Shown here: piece by piece, positions 60,844 through 64,000 of the stretch
How the letters are laid out: the number at the start of each line of letters is the position of its first letter
Position numbering within the stretch: position 1 is the stretch's first letter
NCBI RefSeq assembly: GCF_964204865.1
Contig: NC_135258.1
Span: 21,514,001-21,578,000, forward strand
Direction of reading: 5' to 3'
From: Styela clava
Taxonomy: Eukaryota
Length of the DNA: 64,000 bases
Notes under the pieces: generated by a model
Database searches by the model: none
The model's input: the letters and a program-made list of their open reading frames with translations, nothing else
What the model was told of the DNA's origin: nothing
Made by a program: the position numbers and the translations under genes

Positions 60844-62391
60844 ATGTAATTGACGTCGAAAGTGGAACATAACAATACATAAGTCCATTTTTAACAGGTT
60901 GTTCACATCTCGATTACAGGCTCAAAAAATCTTCCATCGGACTGCTTTACGCTGTGTACATGTGACCTCAAAACATGCTTCCGAAGATGAGCCAAAGAAA
61001 AAATTTGACACATTCCCGATTTCTAGATATCCATTGCCAAAGGTGACTAAACTTTATCAAATACAAAGGTTATCTTTCTCAAAATTGGGTTTGTAATTGT
61101 TCTGTTTCCCTATAGATAGAAACACTACCACAGTCAATTCAGGATAGGATTTCAGAAGCTGATGAAAAGACTGGCTTTGTACCAAACGTTATGACGAGTT
61201 ATGCGCACAGACCCAAGGAATTTGAAGCATTCTTCAATTACTACGATGTTTTAATGCAAAAAGGTGAGTATTGTAGCAGTTTGCAGGTCCGAGAGCATGC
61301 ATTTACATAATATGTTGTTATATATTTTCTAAATTTTTGGAAATCGGAGATGCCTGGCCGAGATCCATGTGCTACATGTTTGAAATAATGAAATTTTATT
61401 TCTTACTGAATGGAATGGAAATCAGTAATTCATTGCTAGAAACAACTTTTTTCGCGAAATATAGAATTATTATTGTTTTGAAGCTGTATTGAAATACAAA
61501 ATTACGTTGGTTAACTTGATCGGCGCACAATTTGTAGCATTTTGTATTACTGATATATTTATACTAATAAAAAATATCCGATAACCCTATTTAAAAGGTA
61601 GAGTGTGAAAGTGTTCAGAACATATTGTTCTGTCGTAATCTATAGAGGCAATGTGTGGTTTTACAAAGTTGAATAAGGCTTTCTGCAAAAGCGATGGACA
61701 ACAAAATACACTTAACACACAAAACACATTACCTTTACAACCATATTCAACTTAAGATTATACAATATTTACGTTTCAGAGACCGGAAATTTATCAAAGG
61801 CCGATCGCGAAATGATTGTTGTCGCAACAAGTTCCTACAATTCGTGTTTGTATTGCGTGGTTTCGCACAGTGCTCTTTATAGAATTTTTTCGAAAAATCC
61901 CATCGTGGCTGACCAGGTAATAATGAATATCCATTTTTAAGTTAGATATGTTTCAATTCTTGGAAATAAATCATAGAAATTATATTCTTGATAATTCGAA
62001 ATTTCTTGAAATTTAGGTTTACAATTCCATTTCGAATAGAATGAATTTTTTTCGGATATCGAAAAAGAGGTCGTTCTAGTGATTCTAGATTCTATTTCAA
62101 ACTAAAAATTGACAGGTAGCGACGTGCTGGGAGGCAGCAGCTATCACAGATCGCGAAAGGGCAATATTAGAGTTAGCAATGGCCGTTTGCAAGTCTGAAG
62201 AAATTTCGCAACACTATTTTGACAACCTTGCAAAACATGGCTTGGACGCCGAAGATGCGTGGGACATTGCGGCAATTAGTGCCTTTTTCAGCATGTCAAA
62301 TAGAATGGCACACTTTATGAACATGAGGCCGAATGAAGAGTTCCATCTTATGGGCAGAGTACCGAAAACGAAAAGCAAACCTGCAAAATAG
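60844..62391 (+). CDS. AhpD / carboxymuconolactone-decarboxylase-family peroxidase-related protein (~235 aa), probably mitochondrial
   Basis: Exons 60844-60845 (AT of the start codon, inferred), 60898-61042, 61116-61263, 61780-61916, 62116-62391. Motifs GFVPNV...AHRPKEFEAFFNYYDVLM, LSKADREMIVVATSSYNSCLYCVVSH (E...S..N.CxxC...H AhpD core), DAWDIAAISAFFSMSNRMAH...PNEEF. Confidence 0.9.
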
Positions 62392-63735
62392 TACAGTGAC
62401 ATTTCCAGGTTCGTCAAATAACCACGCTATAAAATACATTTTTACAATAAGTCAAACTAAGGATTTTTGTTAGTAGATATTACCCTGAAAAGATACACTT
62501 TTATAGGTCATATGGTACCCCTCCTAGTATGATAGTGGTAATACTGCAGAGATATTATTTTAAAACGACCAGTTTTAAAACGTTTGTTCTAATACAGGAT
62601 TTGAATATTAAATGCACTGTAATTATGGCATCCTGTGTAGTTCCCGTTAGGTTATCCGCTTGTTGCGAATCAGATTCAGATTTATCGTAATTATCTTTAT
62701 CGTAAACCGAAGATAATTTTTTTGAATAGACTTGATTATATATTATATAATAATAATTAATACATGGATCGTGTGATTGTGCTGTGCGTTTGCGAAAATT
62801 CGTGGATATGTGGTTAGTGGCAATTTTTCTTAAGATGCAAAAATTGGAGCTCTTGTATAAGGATTTGGTAAAAAAAATGTCGGCGTAAGGGCATAAAGTG
62901 TTCTATTATCTCAAATGTTACGGGGAGGGGCTGAAACTCTCACGACGTACGTGTGTTTTGGTGTTACCAAGCATGAAACATTATACAGGATCCTGTGCGA
63001 CGAATTGTAACAGGGCACAAATTATGCGTTGGGCCAAATGACCGTGGTTGGATACCTAGAAATCAAAGACAACCCCATTATACATTGACATGTTGTAGAT
63101 AGTTTACCACTAACACCCTTTTAGTGTAACGTGTTATCCTTGGCACTGGATTGAGCATGCATGCAATATTGTTGGAATTGTGTTTGGCTGTTTGCCCCAC
63201 AGGGAGTCTGTCTGTGGTTTTCGACTCAGTGGTGATTTTTTTGTTTCGAATTCTATCTCCTAGTTTTCGTAGAAGTTTTGCCATGCGTCACTATAATAGG
63301 TTTGGCCAGATGATCCTGGAACACTGGGTAAATATTTGTTTTCAGAGAAATATATACAGAACCATTATTGTACTGCTTTTGAGAGGTCTTCATTCAGACT
63401 CTTCATGACGTCCTTTCCTCTGTGACATTGCTTTATTAGGCAAAACGTGAACGTTACATTATTCAGGCGGTTCAATTATTACCTACATTTGCCGCCGCCT
63501 TTGTGGTTTTCATGTTGCAACCGGTACAATTATTGTCAATTTTTTTTTAACATTTTCTCGGTTGGATTTATAATTATTCGCCGATCTATTATAGCTGTGG
63601 GAGACAGCTTAGGTAGAGACGACATGTTCCGATTTCTTATCTGAAATAGAAGGAGAGAGAACCTGTTGTTTGTGAGTTGGATTCGAAAGAGAACCATTAC
63701 TTGAAAGTTGGCAATGTGTCACAATCAAAACATAT

Positions 63736-64000
63736 CGTCACGCTAATGACCGAATTGCGTAAGTCATTTTTAGCAGTTTTGAAAAAAAAACGTAAAAAAC
63801 ACCTTAATGATATTGCTTATGCCATTGAGAGTCAATAATTTGCCATGGTTCAATTTTTGATCGTAGCCGGATTCAAGGTAATCTGTATGACGCAGTCATG
63901 TGACGTCATAAGGGCGCACTGTGACTTAGGCAGAAATGTGTCTATGACTTGGGGACATACGCATTTTTGCAACTTGACTATATGCACCAGTCCTGAAAAC
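63736..64000. mobile_element. Second, inverted copy of the Sola1-like element (truncated by the window edge)
   Basis: ATAT followed by CGTCACGCTAATGACCGAATTGCGTAAG...; 63736-64000 is the diverged reverse complement of ~60413-60675. Confidence 0.88.

Overview
AT-rich, intron-containing eukaryotic (animal) genomic DNA. Gene content, compact introns and repeat types suggest an invertebrate chordate such as an ascidian, but the species cannot be established from the sequence. Exons were assembled by hand from GT-AG boundaries and phase checks. Left to right: the 5' part of an FGFRL1-like Ig-domain receptor gene (minus strand, runs off the left edge); a 6-exon, ~584-aa gene with two divergent DJ-1/PfpI-like domains that appear to lack the canonical catalytic dyad (minus); cyclin J (minus); two tandem ~300-aa ankyrin/double-RING genes resembling N-terminally truncated Mind bomb 2 (plus); a ~25-exon pyruvate carboxylase with one GC-AG intron (minus); and an AhpD/CMD-family peroxidase-like gene with a predicted mitochondrial presequence and a probable intron-split start codon (plus), flanked by two inverted copies of one Sola-like DNA element. 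Introns and intergenic DNA hold many non-autonomous DNA transposons with visible TIRs and TSDs (hAT types, GG...CC palindromic MITEs) and tRNA-derived SINEs. The most novel candidates are the tandem DJ-1-like pseudoenzyme and the 'mini-Mind bomb' pair downstream of a kappaB-like site cluster. Family assignments come from remembered motifs, not database searches.
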